From the IMG/VR virus record IMGVR_UViG_2061766007_000422: 64,000 bases of DNA, one strand, 5' to 3'. Under the pieces are notes generated by a model. It saw nothing but the letters and a program-made list of their open reading frames with translations. It ran no database searches and was not told where the DNA came from. The position numbers and the translations under genes are program-made. The stretch is from an uncultured virus (IMG/VR IMGVR_UViG_2061766007_000422). Taxonomy: Duplodnaviria; Heunggongvirae; Uroviricota; Caudoviricetes. Shown piece by piece: positions 11,454 through 22,275 of the stretch (its first letter is position 1; each line of letters opens with the position of its first letter).

Positions 11454-12578
11454 TTACCTCGCCTTTATTCTATTTTTATATAAATGTTCAAAAACTTCTT
11501 TTCCTTTATCATATGGAGAATCTTTTTTCTCCAAAACGTTATCATAATCCCATATATAGGAAAAACTCGCACGTCCTTTATAGGTGTTACAAATTTTTTC
11601 AAGAGAATCACGATATTTTCGCGCTTCTACTGTATGCCAATCATCATATTCTTTATCAAAGGCTATAATGATTTCATTCACCCCTAAAATATCAGTTAAT
11701 AAACTAATATGATATTTATTTGTATGACTTCCACAAACCGCAATTGCGTTTGACATTTTTCCATAATAAGTATCATCAAGCATCACTGATTTTTCGCCTT
11801 CAACTAAAACTGCTGTTTTTCGCGCCTTTATACCATATTGATGCTCATAAGCCCCATATAATTGAAACATTTCTGGAAACTTATAATTGATATTACCTAC
11901 TGTTATAGGATGATATTTTCCAAATTCTTTTATACGCCAGGGTTCAAATTCACGCTCACGTATTCCTATTAGACGTCCATTTATATCTTTTTGAGGAATG
12001 ACTACAGAAGCATCAGAGATTGAATACATAATGTTAAATTTTTTCATTACTTCAGGCGCGATACCTTCTTGTATCCATTGCGGATGATAATATTGTATAA
12101 AACAATCTAATACATGATTATCATATTCTTGAAGTTCTGGAAGCTGAGCCGTAAATTTATATTTATTAAAATCTATATCGCTTCTTTTTTCACGGTGCTC
12201 GCGCACGATGTTAATGTGTTTTAAACATCGTTTAACATACTCAGTTGCATCTACTTCTGATATAGGATAATAATTTAACTCCATATATTTTCTATACAAA
12301 GTAAATATGCTCATTGCTTCATTACATTCGGTATAGCATCTAAAAATTTTATTATTCTGATACCAATATAACTTCATTGACTCCGCGACATTTACCGGAT
12401 TATGACAAATAGTAGGGCAAATTAAATATCCTTTATCTTCATTAACTTGTATTTGCGTAACACCAAGGCTTTCCAGAAAATTCTTTACATCCTCTAATGT
12501 AATTGAATCAATAATTTCTTTTCTACTAATTTCTAATAGATTTAATTCTTCATCTTGAAATTGTAATGTTTCAAGCAT
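11454..12578 (-). CDS. DNA primase (Zn finger plus TOPRIM)
   Basis: CH...C..C Zn-binding region; VEGEKS and AFDKE TOPRIM motifs; next to helicase. Confidence 0.82.
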   Translation of the reverse strand: MLETLQFQDEELNLLEISRKEIIDSITLEDVKNFLESLGVTQIQVNEDKGYLICPTICHNPVNVAESMKLYWYQNNKIFRCYTECNEAMSIFTLYRKYMELNYYPISEVDATEYVKRCLKHINIVREHREKRSDIDFNKYKFTAQLPELQEYDNHVLDCFIQYYHPQWIQEGIAPEVMKKFNIMYSISDASVVIPQKDINGRLIGIREREFEPWRIKEFGKYHPITVGNINYKFPEMFQLYGAYEHQYGIKARKTAVLVEGEKSVMLDDTYYGKMSNAIAVCGSHTNKYHISLLTDILGVNEIIIAFDKEYDDWHTVEARKYRDSLEKICNTYKGRASFSYIWDYDNVLEKKDSPYDKGKEVFEHLYKNRIKAR

Positions 12579-14199
12579 CTAATTCTCCTTTCCAATCAAA
12601 AGGAACATCTATCGCTGATGTAAATAAATCAAATGACATATCACGAATAGGTTGATTATCTGCTGTCGTTATGAATAAATCTTCTCTGTATCCTGTTCCT
12701 AAATGTAGTCTTGTCCAAATACGAACATTTTTATAGCGTCCGCGCCGCATTTTATATATATCTAAAACGTGTGTTGGCCTTTTATTCTCTACTACATCTG
12801 CATCAATGACACCCATTCTTACTGCCTCGCGCAAACCTGGTTGCATACTATTCCAAAACTTATCTCCAACACGAGTCATAATATATGCCATATCCGCTTT
12901 GTCAGCCACCGCCTTCGCTCCTCTGATACATGTTTCATTCTTAAATTCTCCATCATCACTCATTGCGCCCGCATTAACCTGCGTTGCAGAAAAGATAAAT
13001 ATTTTATAATCTTTTGCTATTTGCTTTAATTGATTAGAGAACATCATAAGAATTGAATCTTCACGCAGATTATTTCGCGCGAATTGGTTCATCATACTTG
13101 CGGTTGTATGAATATAATCAAACCATACATATTTTATATTTTCGGTTACAACATATTTTTTTATCGTCGCTTCAACATTAACGAGATTTGGGTCGCTTAT
13201 TTCTTCAACAATAAAATATCCCGCGTAATCTTTCATAATTTTTGCCGCGTATTTTACTCTTGCTTCTTCCTCGCCAAATCCTTCATATCGTCCTGTCAAT
13301 ATATGGTCTTCGTCTACTCCAGACAAGTAAGCTAACATAATTGTTTGAAGTTCTTCTTTATCCATTTCTGTTACAATGAACAACACTTTTCTGGGTTCTC
13401 TTATAACCCCATTCTTATCTACTTCGTGACAAAACGATTTTAACTCATGCGACCATCTTATAGGATATGCAATATGACAAGCATCAAATATACTTGTTCT
13501 AGTTTTACCCGCAGAAGTGCTAGCGGATTTTAAATAAAAGCAACCCTCTCTTGCTCCTCTACAAGCTGTGCTAAAAATCTTACCTTCCAAACTAGGACCA
13601 ATACTTGGAGATTTTTTTAAATCTTCAATTAATTCTACTATTCCATTAGCCGGGTCGCTTTCTTTGCGGCCGCCACCTAAATATTCATTTCTTATAATTG
13701 AATATTTACTTTCAACCGCATTTAATATATCTTCAATAGATGATTCATCAAAATGTTGTTGTATGCTAGCCTCTTTTAGTGGGTCGTCAACATTTTTATC
13801 ATCAATATAAAATTCACTAATATCATATTTGTCTTTTTGAAGACGTCGCAATAATGAATATTTTTTTAATCGTGTATAATATAATTTAAAATTACTTGTT
13901 TCCGCAAATTCATATGCACTGTTAAGTATATCAATACCATTTCCATTAACATATGCTTGGTGTGCGGCGCCACCACGCTTTTCAATCTCTAAATCTATTT
14001 CAATCGGCGTTAATTTTTGAGCGCCTTCTTCATATAAATTTTTGATAGTAATAAAACAAGCCCTAGCTGCTTTGTCATCAAAGTCTGTAGGGTTAATGTC
14101 GGTATACTCCAAAAAAAGAAGAGGGTTCAACATTAAACACCCAATAATCTGGCGCATTGCCATTTTATCAGATAATGTCAAGTTCATCTCTCCTTTCAT
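12571..14199 (-). CDS. Replicative DnaB-like helicase
   Basis: Walker A STSAGKT, FIVTEM, WFDYI, ATQVN, DKAD, KMRRG. Confidence 0.85.
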   Translation of the reverse strand: MKGEMNLTLSDKMAMRQIIGCLMLNPLLFLEYTDINPTDFDDKAARACFITIKNLYEEGAQKLTPIEIDLEIEKRGGAAHQAYVNGNGIDILNSAYEFAETSNFKLYYTRLKKYSLLRRLQKDKYDISEFYIDDKNVDDPLKEASIQQHFDESSIEDILNAVESKYSIIRNEYLGGGRKESDPANGIVELIEDLKKSPSIGPSLEGKIFSTACRGAREGCFYLKSASTSAGKTRTSIFDACHIAYPIRWSHELKSFCHEVDKNGVIREPRKVLFIVTEMDKEELQTIMLAYLSGVDEDHILTGRYEGFGEEEARVKYAAKIMKDYAGYFIVEEISDPNLVNVEATIKKYVVTENIKYVWFDYIHTTASMMNQFARNNLREDSILMMFSNQLKQIAKDYKIFIFSATQVNAGAMSDDGEFKNETCIRGAKAVADKADMAYIMTRVGDKFWNSMQPGLREAVRMGVIDADVVENKRPTHVLDIYKMRRGRYKNVRIWTRLHLGTGYREDLFITTADNQPIRDMSFDLFTSAIDVPFDWKGELDA

Positions 14200-14207
14200 A
14201 ATAAAAT

Positions 14208-14696
14208 TTAATCGTCAAAATAATCGTCAGGATTTAAAAATTCCTTTTTTCGTTCAGTTGCTTCACGAATGGGAACAACATATTCTGTGTATGTTGCTTC
14301 TTTCATTGCCTGCGCGAGACTATTACTTTCTGCCATTTGAGACCGTTTATATTTCATCATTTTTTCTATCATATCGGGTTTGACAAAATATAAACTTACT
14401 GAAGATTTCTTTAAATTTTCAACATTATATACATATTCCAGACATTCAATAATTGTTTTATCTGTATATCCATATTTTTCTTTTAATTCAAGTCTTTCTT
14501 TATAAATGCGCCCACCAGGGCTTTTTACTCCAAAAATGCGACAAATTTCACTTATAAACCATTCGTTTTCTTGTTTTTCCTGTAAGCATTTTGGACAATA
14601 CCATAAAGCAGTTTTACAATTTATAGATGCGTATTTTACCATTTCTTCGCGTCTGAACGTATCATGACATTTGCTACATACTAGTGTTGGCTTCAT
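14208..14696 (-). CDS. Zn-finger protein in replication operon
   Basis: CSKC...CPKC; own promoter; upstream of helicase. Confidence 0.6.
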   Translation of the reverse strand: MKPTLVCSKCHDTFRREEMVKYASINCKTALWYCPKCLQEKQENEWFISEICRIFGVKSPGGRIYKERLELKEKYGYTDKTIIECLEYVYNVENLKKSSVSLYFVKPDMIEKMMKYKRSQMAESNSLAQAMKEATYTEYVVPIREATERKKEFLNPDDYFDD

Positions 14697-14746
14697 ACTT
14701 TCACCCCTTTCTTACTTAGTATAACATAATTTCAGAAAAAAGTCAA

Positions 14747-14768
14747 ATAAAAAGAGCCTTATGGCTCA
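14747..14768 (-). terminator. Intrinsic terminator
   Basis: GAGCC-ATAA-GGCTC followed by TTTTTATTT. Confidence 0.6.
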
Positions 14769-15832
14769 TTATCATTATGATATTTCCATATAAATTTATA
14801 CGCGGTTTTATTCTTGCCTTTACACACTTTAATAATAGAAGAGGCGCCATTTTCATGCCCTAAAGCAATCGCGGCATCATGGGCACTAGAAAAAGTATTA
14901 AGAAAATTATTATTTAAATCATATTGGTCTATTGCCTTTTTTAAATAATCTTTTTTACTGTTATTTCTTTTTACTTTTTCCATAATATCTCCTTCATCAT
15001 CTTGATATTTCCATAAAAATCCAGAACAATTATGAGATTTATTTGTTAAAGCATTCTCTATTCCAGACCGATGTACATTTAATTCAGTCGCGGCATCAGT
15101 AATAGAATTAAAATTTTTAATAAATTCTCCTGATAAATTATATTGACTTATGGGACGTTTTGTTTTTTCTATATACTGTGTTATATCAATGTGCTCTAAG
15201 ATTATTTCATTTTCTGGATGCCGCCAATAATATCCTTTAGCAGTAACCGCTCTACCATTACAAGCGCTCCTAATCATATTTTCACTTATTTTCGTCGTGA
15301 GAGCTGCGTCTATAACACTATTATATATATTTACTAAATCTCCATTAAGGTCATATTGTAAAGTAATCTTTTTATTGCTACTTAATTTGCTTTGACCGCG
15401 AGAGCGTATTTCAGAAACAGTAATACCATTAACATGTAAATTAGTACTTACTGTTTGAGTCGTGCATCCTAATTTTTTAGCAATTTCAGATACCGCAAAA
15501 CCATCGTTCCATAAAGTTAATATATCGTTAGAATCAAATTTATGGCATCCCTCTCCACCTAAAGTAGAATTATATCCATTTTTATATGTATCATACACGC
15601 TAATATAATATTTTTCTTTTTCTAATAATTCATTATCATTACATTGTTCAATTTCTTGAATAGAAAAATTTTCTATTCCATATTTATGTAATGCTCTAAT
15701 AAAATAAACATTAGGTTTTAAATATTTTGCTTCACATTTATGCTGTGCCCAACGAGTCTTAATATCATATTTCGTTTTTCCAACATATTGTTTACCATTT
15801 ATATTATTAGTAACTAAATAAATATATCCCAT
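14759..15832 (-). CDS. GIY-YIG homing endonuclease with NUMOD1-type repeats
   Basis: GYIY...YVGKT, GYNSTLGG; three QY.L.G/N...F.S..DAA...W repeats. Confidence 0.85.
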   Translation of the reverse strand: MGYIYLVTNNINGKQYVGKTKYDIKTRWAQHKCEAKYLKPNVYFIRALHKYGIENFSIQEIEQCNDNELLEKEKYYISVYDTYKNGYNSTLGGEGCHKFDSNDILTLWNDGFAVSEIAKKLGCTTQTVSTNLHVNGITVSEIRSRGQSKLSSNKKITLQYDLNGDLVNIYNSVIDAALTTKISENMIRSACNGRAVTAKGYYWRHPENEIILEHIDITQYIEKTKRPISQYNLSGEFIKNFNSITDAATELNVHRSGIENALTNKSHNCSGFLWKYQDDEGDIMEKVKRNNSKKDYLKKAIDQYDLNNNFLNTFSSAHDAAIALGHENGASSIIKVCKGKNKTAYKFIWKYHNDNEP

Positions 15833-15908
15833 ATAAGACACCTCTTTTTATTTCCGTATATAATATGTAGTATCTTATATGGGAAATTCTAGTATTTTAT
15901 TTAAATTA

Positions 15909-16919
15909 TTACATTAAATCTTTCATTTCATCAACAAATAATTCTACAAGTGCTTTTTGTTGAGGAATAGCTTGACTTAACTTAAAACTATTGCTTCCAA
16001 ACACTTTAGCTATAACTACTTGCATAGTATTTAGGTGTCTTTCTTTTTCTTCTTCAGTAGAAGCTTGCTCTAAATACTGCGTCCAAATTTGTTTTGCCTG
16101 GTCCATAATTTCCGCAAAACTTAATTCGGGTTTTTCACTAGAATTATTGTTTAATTCTTCTTCCGTGATAAAATTAGTTCCAGTGAGTTTTGCTTCTTCT
16201 TCCATTGCGTCAGCAACGGCTTTTACAAGTCCATCATAACTTAAAGGAATTTTAGGTACAATACTTCTATATCGTGAACCAGCAAAAATTGTAGGTGTTT
16301 CGCGCAAATACAACCAACGACTAGCATTGCGATTTTCATCGTATTCTACACCTAAATATGCTATAATATCAACTAAACCATTAACTGCTTCGGCGCAAGC
16401 GGGTGGAAGATTGGGACAAATCTGTTCAAGACGATTCCCCTCGCTATCCATAACATCGGTGGCTTTAGTTTTAGAGTGCGCAATAAATACTATCGCATAT
16501 CCTTGCTTTGAAAGGTCTCTAAATGTCTTTTCAAATTCTTCCCTTAACGCTTTAAAACCGCGACCCCACGCAATTTCAGAGATTTCCTGAACGCCATGCT
16601 GCTGTTTAACATAATCTTCGCACATACTGTAAGCTATTCCAACAGTATCAATAATTATAGTTTCAAAGCGTTCTTTCATTTCCTGTCGCTTTAACTGCCG
16701 GCAAATATCTTTAAAAGTGGTCCAAGTATCAATATCTGCTGCGTATACATTAGCTAAAGCATGATATCCTACCTCAAAAGCGCACAACAGAGGCTTAGGC
16801 CATAGTACCGCAGTGCTGGTCTTTCCCGCTTTTTCTCGGCCGAAAATCTCCACAAACCTGCCGCGCAAATCTTTACAAAGGCGAGTTGGTTGAAGAGTAC
16901 TAAGGTCTATTTTCGCCAT
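15909..16919 (-). CDS. AAA_24 / Sak4-like ATPase (single-strand annealing)
   Basis: GREKAGKT, IIIDT, FIAHS, AGSR; adjacent to SSB. Confidence 0.75.
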   Translation of the reverse strand: MAKIDLSTLQPTRLCKDLRGRFVEIFGREKAGKTSTAVLWPKPLLCAFEVGYHALANVYAADIDTWTTFKDICRQLKRQEMKERFETIIIDTVGIAYSMCEDYVKQQHGVQEISEIAWGRGFKALREEFEKTFRDLSKQGYAIVFIAHSKTKATDVMDSEGNRLEQICPNLPPACAEAVNGLVDIIAYLGVEYDENRNASRWLYLRETPTIFAGSRYRSIVPKIPLSYDGLVKAVADAMEEEAKLTGTNFITEEELNNNSSEKPELSFAEIMDQAKQIWTQYLEQASTEEEKERHLNTMQVVIAKVFGSNSFKLSQAIPQQKALVELFVDEMKDLM

Positions 16920-16949
16920 ATCCCGCTACCTCCATAGTATAGTTAGGCA

Positions 16950-17840
16950 TTAAGCCCAACTATACTTATTTTCCGCGGGAGTTGCGGCTGCGCTCTTGTT
17001 CTTACTGGTCGCATCAATCCGCATCTGTTCAATGCGCGCCTTATGAGCCTGAAATAGTTTCTTAATATCTTCCGGCGCGTAAGCAAAATCTTCTTCCTTA
17101 CCTTCATCATCACCAGTGGTAATCACTAGTTCGCGCACCGTGCGCACACTTGTCTCAGGAACATCCTCACCCCAAGAAGAACTTGTAGGCTTCTCTTCCT
17201 TAGAAGTTACACGCACACGACCTTTAACAGTTACAGTATCATTTATCTTCCAATTTCTCTGGATAAAATCTACTGCTTCAGGCTGTTCAACTACAAAGTA
17301 TAGCACATCAAGCATACCGCCATACTGAACAACCGCGCCCTTAATTATCAAACGACCAGTTGTATCACCCTCACGATCAAGCTCATCGGTCATATCCATA
17401 ATAAATATGTCCATTATAAATGAAGCAGTAGGAGCCATATTTGTAGTAGCGCCAATAAATGAAGTGTTGATTTGCCAACCTTCAACTAGCTGGCCGCTAC
17501 GACTAACAAAGTTATTCTCTCTAATATTCGCGCCAGAAATCCTTACAGTTGTTGCGTCATCAATTCCTACGCCCTGCGCGGTTTTAAAGTTCTTCATATC
17601 CTGAAACTGCGTCCAACCAGTATTGAGCGCGCCAGTCTTTGTATATTTAGAAACAAACATACTTACAGGAACATCACTAGTTTCTTCGCGACCACCATAA
17701 GTCTGTGTTACTCTCACAGTCATATTAGCGCTCTCATAATCGCGCCCATCAGAAAACTTACCATTTCGGAAGCTTACATCAACTAACTTACCTACAACAT
17801 TTATCTTATTCTGTGCCTGTATATTAATATCCTTACTCAT
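16950..17840 (-). CDS. Putative single-stranded DNA-binding protein (tandem OB folds)
   Basis: NKINVVGKL start, TVTVKGRV, beta-rich, aromatic C-tail; position beside annealing ATPase. Confidence 0.6.
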   Translation of the reverse strand: MSKDINIQAQNKINVVGKLVDVSFRNGKFSDGRDYESANMTVRVTQTYGGREETSDVPVSMFVSKYTKTGALNTGWTQFQDMKNFKTAQGVGIDDATTVRISGANIRENNFVSRSGQLVEGWQINTSFIGATTNMAPTASFIMDIFIMDMTDELDREGDTTGRLIIKGAVVQYGGMLDVLYFVVEQPEAVDFIQRNWKINDTVTVKGRVRVTSKEEKPTSSSWGEDVPETSVRTVRELVITTGDDEGKEEDFAYAPEDIKKLFQAHKARIEQMRIDATSKNKSAAATPAENKYSWA

Positions 17841-17895
17841 ATTTTTTTCTCCTATCTTTTTCTTTTATCATATCATAAATTTTATTTTTTGTCAA

Positions 17896-17925
17896 ATAAA
17901 CAGCGGGCGGGGTCAACCGCCCGCA
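17896..17925 (-). terminator. Intrinsic terminator abutting the next -35 box
   Basis: GCGGGCGG-TTGACC-CCGCCCGC stem then TGTTTATTT. Confidence 0.7.
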
Positions 17926-17957
17926 GGAACTGTTCCTACACCTGGTAGGTCAGATAA

Positions 17958-18293
17958 TTATTCCGCTTCCTTCGCGGCCTTAGCAGCAGCGCGCTCAGCA
18001 GCACGGGCAGCCTTAGCGGCTTCNNNNNNNNNNCCTCAACGGGGTCATAAGTTAGACCGGCCTCAGCGAGAGTGTGATAAAGTACGGTCTTAGTCTTAGC
18101 CTTACGAGTTTCGGTCGCGGCCTCAAGCTCTATAACCTCTTCACGGGTCTTAACAATAAGATTCTTCTTCTGATACGCGTTAATAGCGCCGGTTACGGAA
18201 GCAAGGGGGATGTTGAGTGCTTCAGCGACTTCCTGCTTAGAAAATTCCTTGCCATAGTTGTTCTTAAAATAGTTAAATACTNNNNNNNNNNAT
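17958..18293 (-). CDS. Small winged-helix DNA-binding protein with Ala/Lys-rich tail (absent from ORF track because of N gaps)
   Basis: Promoter, RBS AAAGGAG and ATN start; VFNYFKNNYGKEFSKQEVAEALNIPLASVTGAINAYQKKNLI...EAAKAARAAERAAAKAAKEAE*. Confidence 0.75.
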
Positions 18294-18417
18294 TTTTTTT
18301 CTCCTTTGTTTTTAAAACATTTTATTTTTTATATTAAAGTGGTTTGGAACTTTTCGCCCCTTGCCCTCTTTACAATAATATTATATCACAAAATTTCGTG
18401 AAAGTCAAATAATAAAT

Positions 18418-20769
18418 TTACATAATTTCAATTTTTTCAGCGGTGGTATTAATTAGTTTAATTCCCGCTGTAATTCTATTCTGTATAGGAATAGAATTTG
18501 TTTCAATAATTACTGCTTTTCCTGCGGCCGCCACATATATTTTTTCTTGGTCTTCTGATACCGCATATGCGGCCGCGATAATATTATCTTTAGTATTCAT
18601 AACTTGACGTCCTTTTACTCCGCGTGTGGTAAGACTAAATTCTTCAAAAGGTGTAATTTTACCTTGCCCATTAGAAGCAATGGTAAGTAAGCCACGATAA
18701 GATAAATTTTTCTTTACTATGGTAGCAGAAATAACAGACTCATTATCATCAAGTTTAATTGCCTTTACTCCGCGAGTTGCGCGCCCAGTAGCATTAATGT
18801 TATCAAGAGTGTAGTAGTTATAATTACCACTAGAACTTACAATAAATATCTTATCTTCATCTGAGGAAGAGAGATAAATGCCAGTAAGAATATCATCATC
18901 TTCAAGTTTTACGGCGGCTATACCACNNNNNNNNNNNNNNNNNNNNNNNNNNTAACCTTTTTTACTTATAGTGACTAAATTTTTATAAGCATTAAATGAA
19001 GTTGAATCCATAAGTAAAATTGGCTTTTCATTATCTTGCAATTCAATTAATTCATAAACCGAATAATCTTTTTCATACTCTAAATCGTTAAGAGAAAAAT
19101 GATACATTCTGCCGCGATTTGTCAGTACTGCTACTGTACCCATATTGGTAGTATAAAGTGTATTGATTAAGTTCGCATTTTTCGGCGGCTTAATATTTAC
19201 ACCTTTTCTACCACGTTTTCCGCCTTGTAGATTGTCTTTTTGAATCGCGCGAAGACTATTATTGTCAAAGAGAAGTAATCCTATGTCTTCTTCTTTAATT
19301 TCTGGTTGCTCTTCTTCATCTACAATCATTAAATCTATTATTTTTGTTCTGCGCTCGTCGCCAAACTTACTCGCAACTTCACGCAAGATTTTTATAAGTT
19401 CTTCATCTAAAGCGGCAGAATCATTTAATAGGTGCGTTAATGATTGAATATTCTCTACAAGTTCTTCTGCTTCGGCTTCCAATTTTACTATGTCTAATTT
19501 GGTTAGACTCGACAATTTCATTGCTAAAATTGCTTTTGTCTGTTCTTCATTAAAATCATAGGTTACAATTAGTTTGCGCGAAGCTTCTGCCAGACTTTCT
19601 GAAGCACGAATAAGAGCTACTACTTCATCAATAATTGAATAAGCCTTAATTAAGCCATCTACTATATTTTTTCGTGCGAGTGCTTTATCAAGGTCAAACT
19701 GATAAATATTGCGCTGGCAATCACGAATGTGTGCGATGTAAGCATCACAAGCTTCGCGCCAACCAAACACTTTAGGAAAACGACCTTTATCAAGTAAAAC
19801 CATGTTAATAGAGAACCAATTCTCCAATGAAGTATCTTTATACAATTTACTTATCATTTTCTTAACATTAACACCTTTAGATAAGTAAATACGAATATCC
19901 GCAAATTTTTTAGTATGGTCTACTACTCGTTCAATACCATAAGTGGGGTTATCATTCGTGAGTTCTGCCAACTGGTCAATTATTGTGTTAGTAAAGACAC
20001 CATAAGGGAGTTCAGTTGCTTGTATCATATTCTGGTCCGGGAAATAGGTAAGTTTTGCTTGAAGTCTAACTGATTCGCCCTTGCCGTAACGAAGACTCTC
20101 TTTGACTGCGCGTGCGTTTGTAATGGTTCCGCCGCAAGAAAAATCAGGAGCACAATAAATATTATCAAAATTTATGTCTGGATTTTGTATAATTTTAATA
20201 AGTGCTTCATTGACTTCCTTAAGGTTGAATTGAGGCACGGAAGTAGCTAGTGCAACCGCAATTCCACTACAACCATTTACAATATTCCAATAACCAATAG
20301 AAGGAAAGACAGAAGGAATTTGTTCGGTATCATCATAATTCCAATACCATTCTTTTATTGCGTTTTTTTTTAGTCCTGCGAACAACAAATCTGCTGTTGC
20401 ATTAGACCGCATTTCTACATAACGCATTGCGGATTGACTATCAGGAGAAGTTTGATTACCCGCATTACCCTGTGTTTCTTCAAGAGGATAACGATAGGAC
20501 CAAGGTCTGGCCGCGCGTATGAATGTATCATACATTGCTACATCACCATGCACATAACTCTGCCCCATTGCATCTGAAACAGACTTTGCAGCCTTAGTCA
20601 TCTTATCTTTGGAAGTATGTTTATGAGTGAATTGAGCATACAAACCTTGACGCAGGCCTATTTTAAGCATATCACGCACATCTGGAATTGCACGTTCCTG
20701 TGCTACTGATGCGCCGTATGTGAGGAATGCGTTTTCAATTTGTTTTTGAAAATCAGTTTCATAAATCAT
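18418..20769 (-). CDS. gyrA: Type IIA topoisomerase subunit A (GyrA/ParC-like)
   Basis: RAIPDVRD.LK, HGD, AMRY catalytic Tyr, NGCSGIAV, C-terminal pinwheel repeats (GRATRGV). Confidence 0.9.
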   Translation of the reverse strand: MIYETDFQKQIENAFLTYGASVAQERAIPDVRDMLKIGLRQGLYAQFTHKHTSKDKMTKAAKSVSDAMGQSYVHGDVAMYDTFIRAARPWSYRYPLEETQGNAGNQTSPDSQSAMRYVEMRSNATADLLFAGLKKNAIKEWYWNYDDTEQIPSVFPSIGYWNIVNGCSGIAVALATSVPQFNLKEVNEALIKIIQNPDINFDNIYCAPDFSCGGTITNARAVKESLRYGKGESVRLQAKLTYFPDQNMIQATELPYGVFTNTIIDQLAELTNDNPTYGIERVVDHTKKFADIRIYLSKGVNVKKMISKLYKDTSLENWFSINMVLLDKGRFPKVFGWREACDAYIAHIRDCQRNIYQFDLDKALARKNIVDGLIKAYSIIDEVVALIRASESLAEASRKLIVTYDFNEEQTKAILAMKLSSLTKLDIVKLEAEAEELVENIQSLTHLLNDSAALDEELIKILREVASKFGDERRTKIIDLMIVDEEEQPEIKEEDIGLLLFDNNSLRAIQKDNLQGGKRGRKGVNIKPPKNANLINTLYTTNMGTVAVLTNRGRMYHFSLNDLEYEKDYSVYELIELQDNEKPILLMDSTSFNAYKNLVTISKKGXXXXXXXXXXGIAAVKLEDDDILTGIYLSSSDEDKIFIVSSSGNYNYYTLDNINATGRATRGVKAIKLDDNESVISATIVKKNLSYRGLLTIASNGQGKITPFEEFSLTTRGVKGRQVMNTKDNIIAAAYAVSEDQEKIYVAAAGKAVIIETNSIPIQNRITAGIKLINTTAEKIEIM

Positions 20770-20801
20770 ACTTTATCTCTCCTTTCTACTTTTTTATTAT
20801 A

Positions 20802-21338
20802 TCATAAATTTGAAGAAAAGTCAATTAATAAAANNNNNNNNNNNNNNNNNNNNNNNNNNNNNCTATTTCTTTTACCGATAGCAAGATAATAAATTTTATC
20901 TATATTATGACGACTCATAAAGAAATTGGATGCATTATCTGCAACACCATTTTCTAATGCTACAATCCATCCCTCAAACCTTTCTTGTGTTTTCATTAGG
21001 TTGAAATCGCTATCAGCACGCTGCATATAACATTTATCTACATAAGTTTTACATTCAACACCACAAATTAATTTTTTATTTTTATATACATGCCGATCGA
21101 CCGATTCTTTCATTACATTTTCTCCAAGAATAACAGGTGATTCACTTCCTACGGCAATACTATGTGTAGTATCATTATAATATTTTTTAAACTCATCATA
21201 AATTAAATTTACTAATAATTCTACAGTTTTGCCTGAAAAATCACGAAGCGCGCCACCATCTTGAGGCATATGTCTTTGTTCTTCTAAACGATTTAAAAGA
21301 AACTGATAAGCTTTACTAGCAACATTTTTATAATACGT
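20802..21338 (-). CDS. Putative PD-(D/E)XK restriction endonuclease paired with the methyltransferase; probable start is ACG; 3' end in N gap
   Basis: VDRH...GVECKTY.DK; frame open back to the TAACG overlap with the MTase stop. Confidence 0.5.
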   Translation of the reverse strand, partial: TYYKNVASKAYQFLLNRLEEQRHMPQDGGALRDFSGKTVELLVNLIYDEFKKYYNDTTHSIAVGSESPVILGENVMKESVDRHVYKNKKLICGVECKTYVDKCYMQRADSDFNLMKTQERFEGWIVALENGVADNASNFFMSRHNIDKIYYLAIGKRNXXXXXXXXXXXLLIDFSSNL

Positions 21339-22224
21339 TACTTTACATCCTTTCTTTGTATAAAAACTCTACTGTATTTTCTAATGCCTTTGACAACTCC
21401 GCATCCTCCTCTATCTAATTTAGATGGAGTATATTTTACCGTAAAATTTAAGCCATTTACTTTTGTATTTCCTGCGGCAAGTCCTAAAATTTTAAATTGT
21501 TCTTTATTATGTTTAGTCATATAACTAACAGGAACACCCATAACTCCATAATAATCCATTGGAATATCAATAATTCTATCAATATTAATCGCTTGAAAAT
21601 TATCATATTCTAAATTAATTTCAGGATTATACATTTTAGTTAATGTAAGTGGTTCTATTTCTTTTTCTATTGGTAAATTAGTAAACCAAGTAATGTTTCC
21701 AAAAGTTTTAATATCTCCATTTGGCTGCATAAAAGTTTTAATTTTATTAAAACCTAAATGGAGTTTTTCATCTTTTATCAATGGAAAAATAATAGTAGAA
21801 GCTAAAGTGTTTTCATTTCCAATCAATAAATATAATTTATTATAAGATTCTAATAATTCTATTAATTTACGAAAAAGTGAAAATGGAGGATTAGTAATAA
21901 CAATATCTACTGTNNNNNNNNNNNNNNNNNNNNNNNNNNNCCTGTTAAACTTTTATGCCTAATATTTATCCCGTCAGAAGTATAAAAATAATTTCCATTA
22001 GGCATATTTAATGAAGTTGCGATTAAACTTTTTAGTTGAAATTCATTAAAATGACTATAAAAATATTTCCAAAAAGCGCTAGAAGTATCATCACATGGTA
22101 AAAGAATATTTTTATCTTTAAATAATGAAATATAATGTTGGCATTCATTTTCTACGTCTGCTAAAAAAGTATAATATTCATCATCTTTCTTTTTTAATGC
22201 GACATGTAAATTTTCATTACTCAT
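21338..22224 (-). CDS. Adenine-specific DNA methyltransferase, EcoRI-methylase-like family (split by N gap)
   Basis: KKDDEYYT, LLPCDD, DIVITNPPFS (read just after the gap), GVMGVP. Confidence 0.85.
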
Positions 22225-22275
22225 TTTATATCACTTCCTTTAATAACATTATTATAACATAAATTTTGAAGAATG

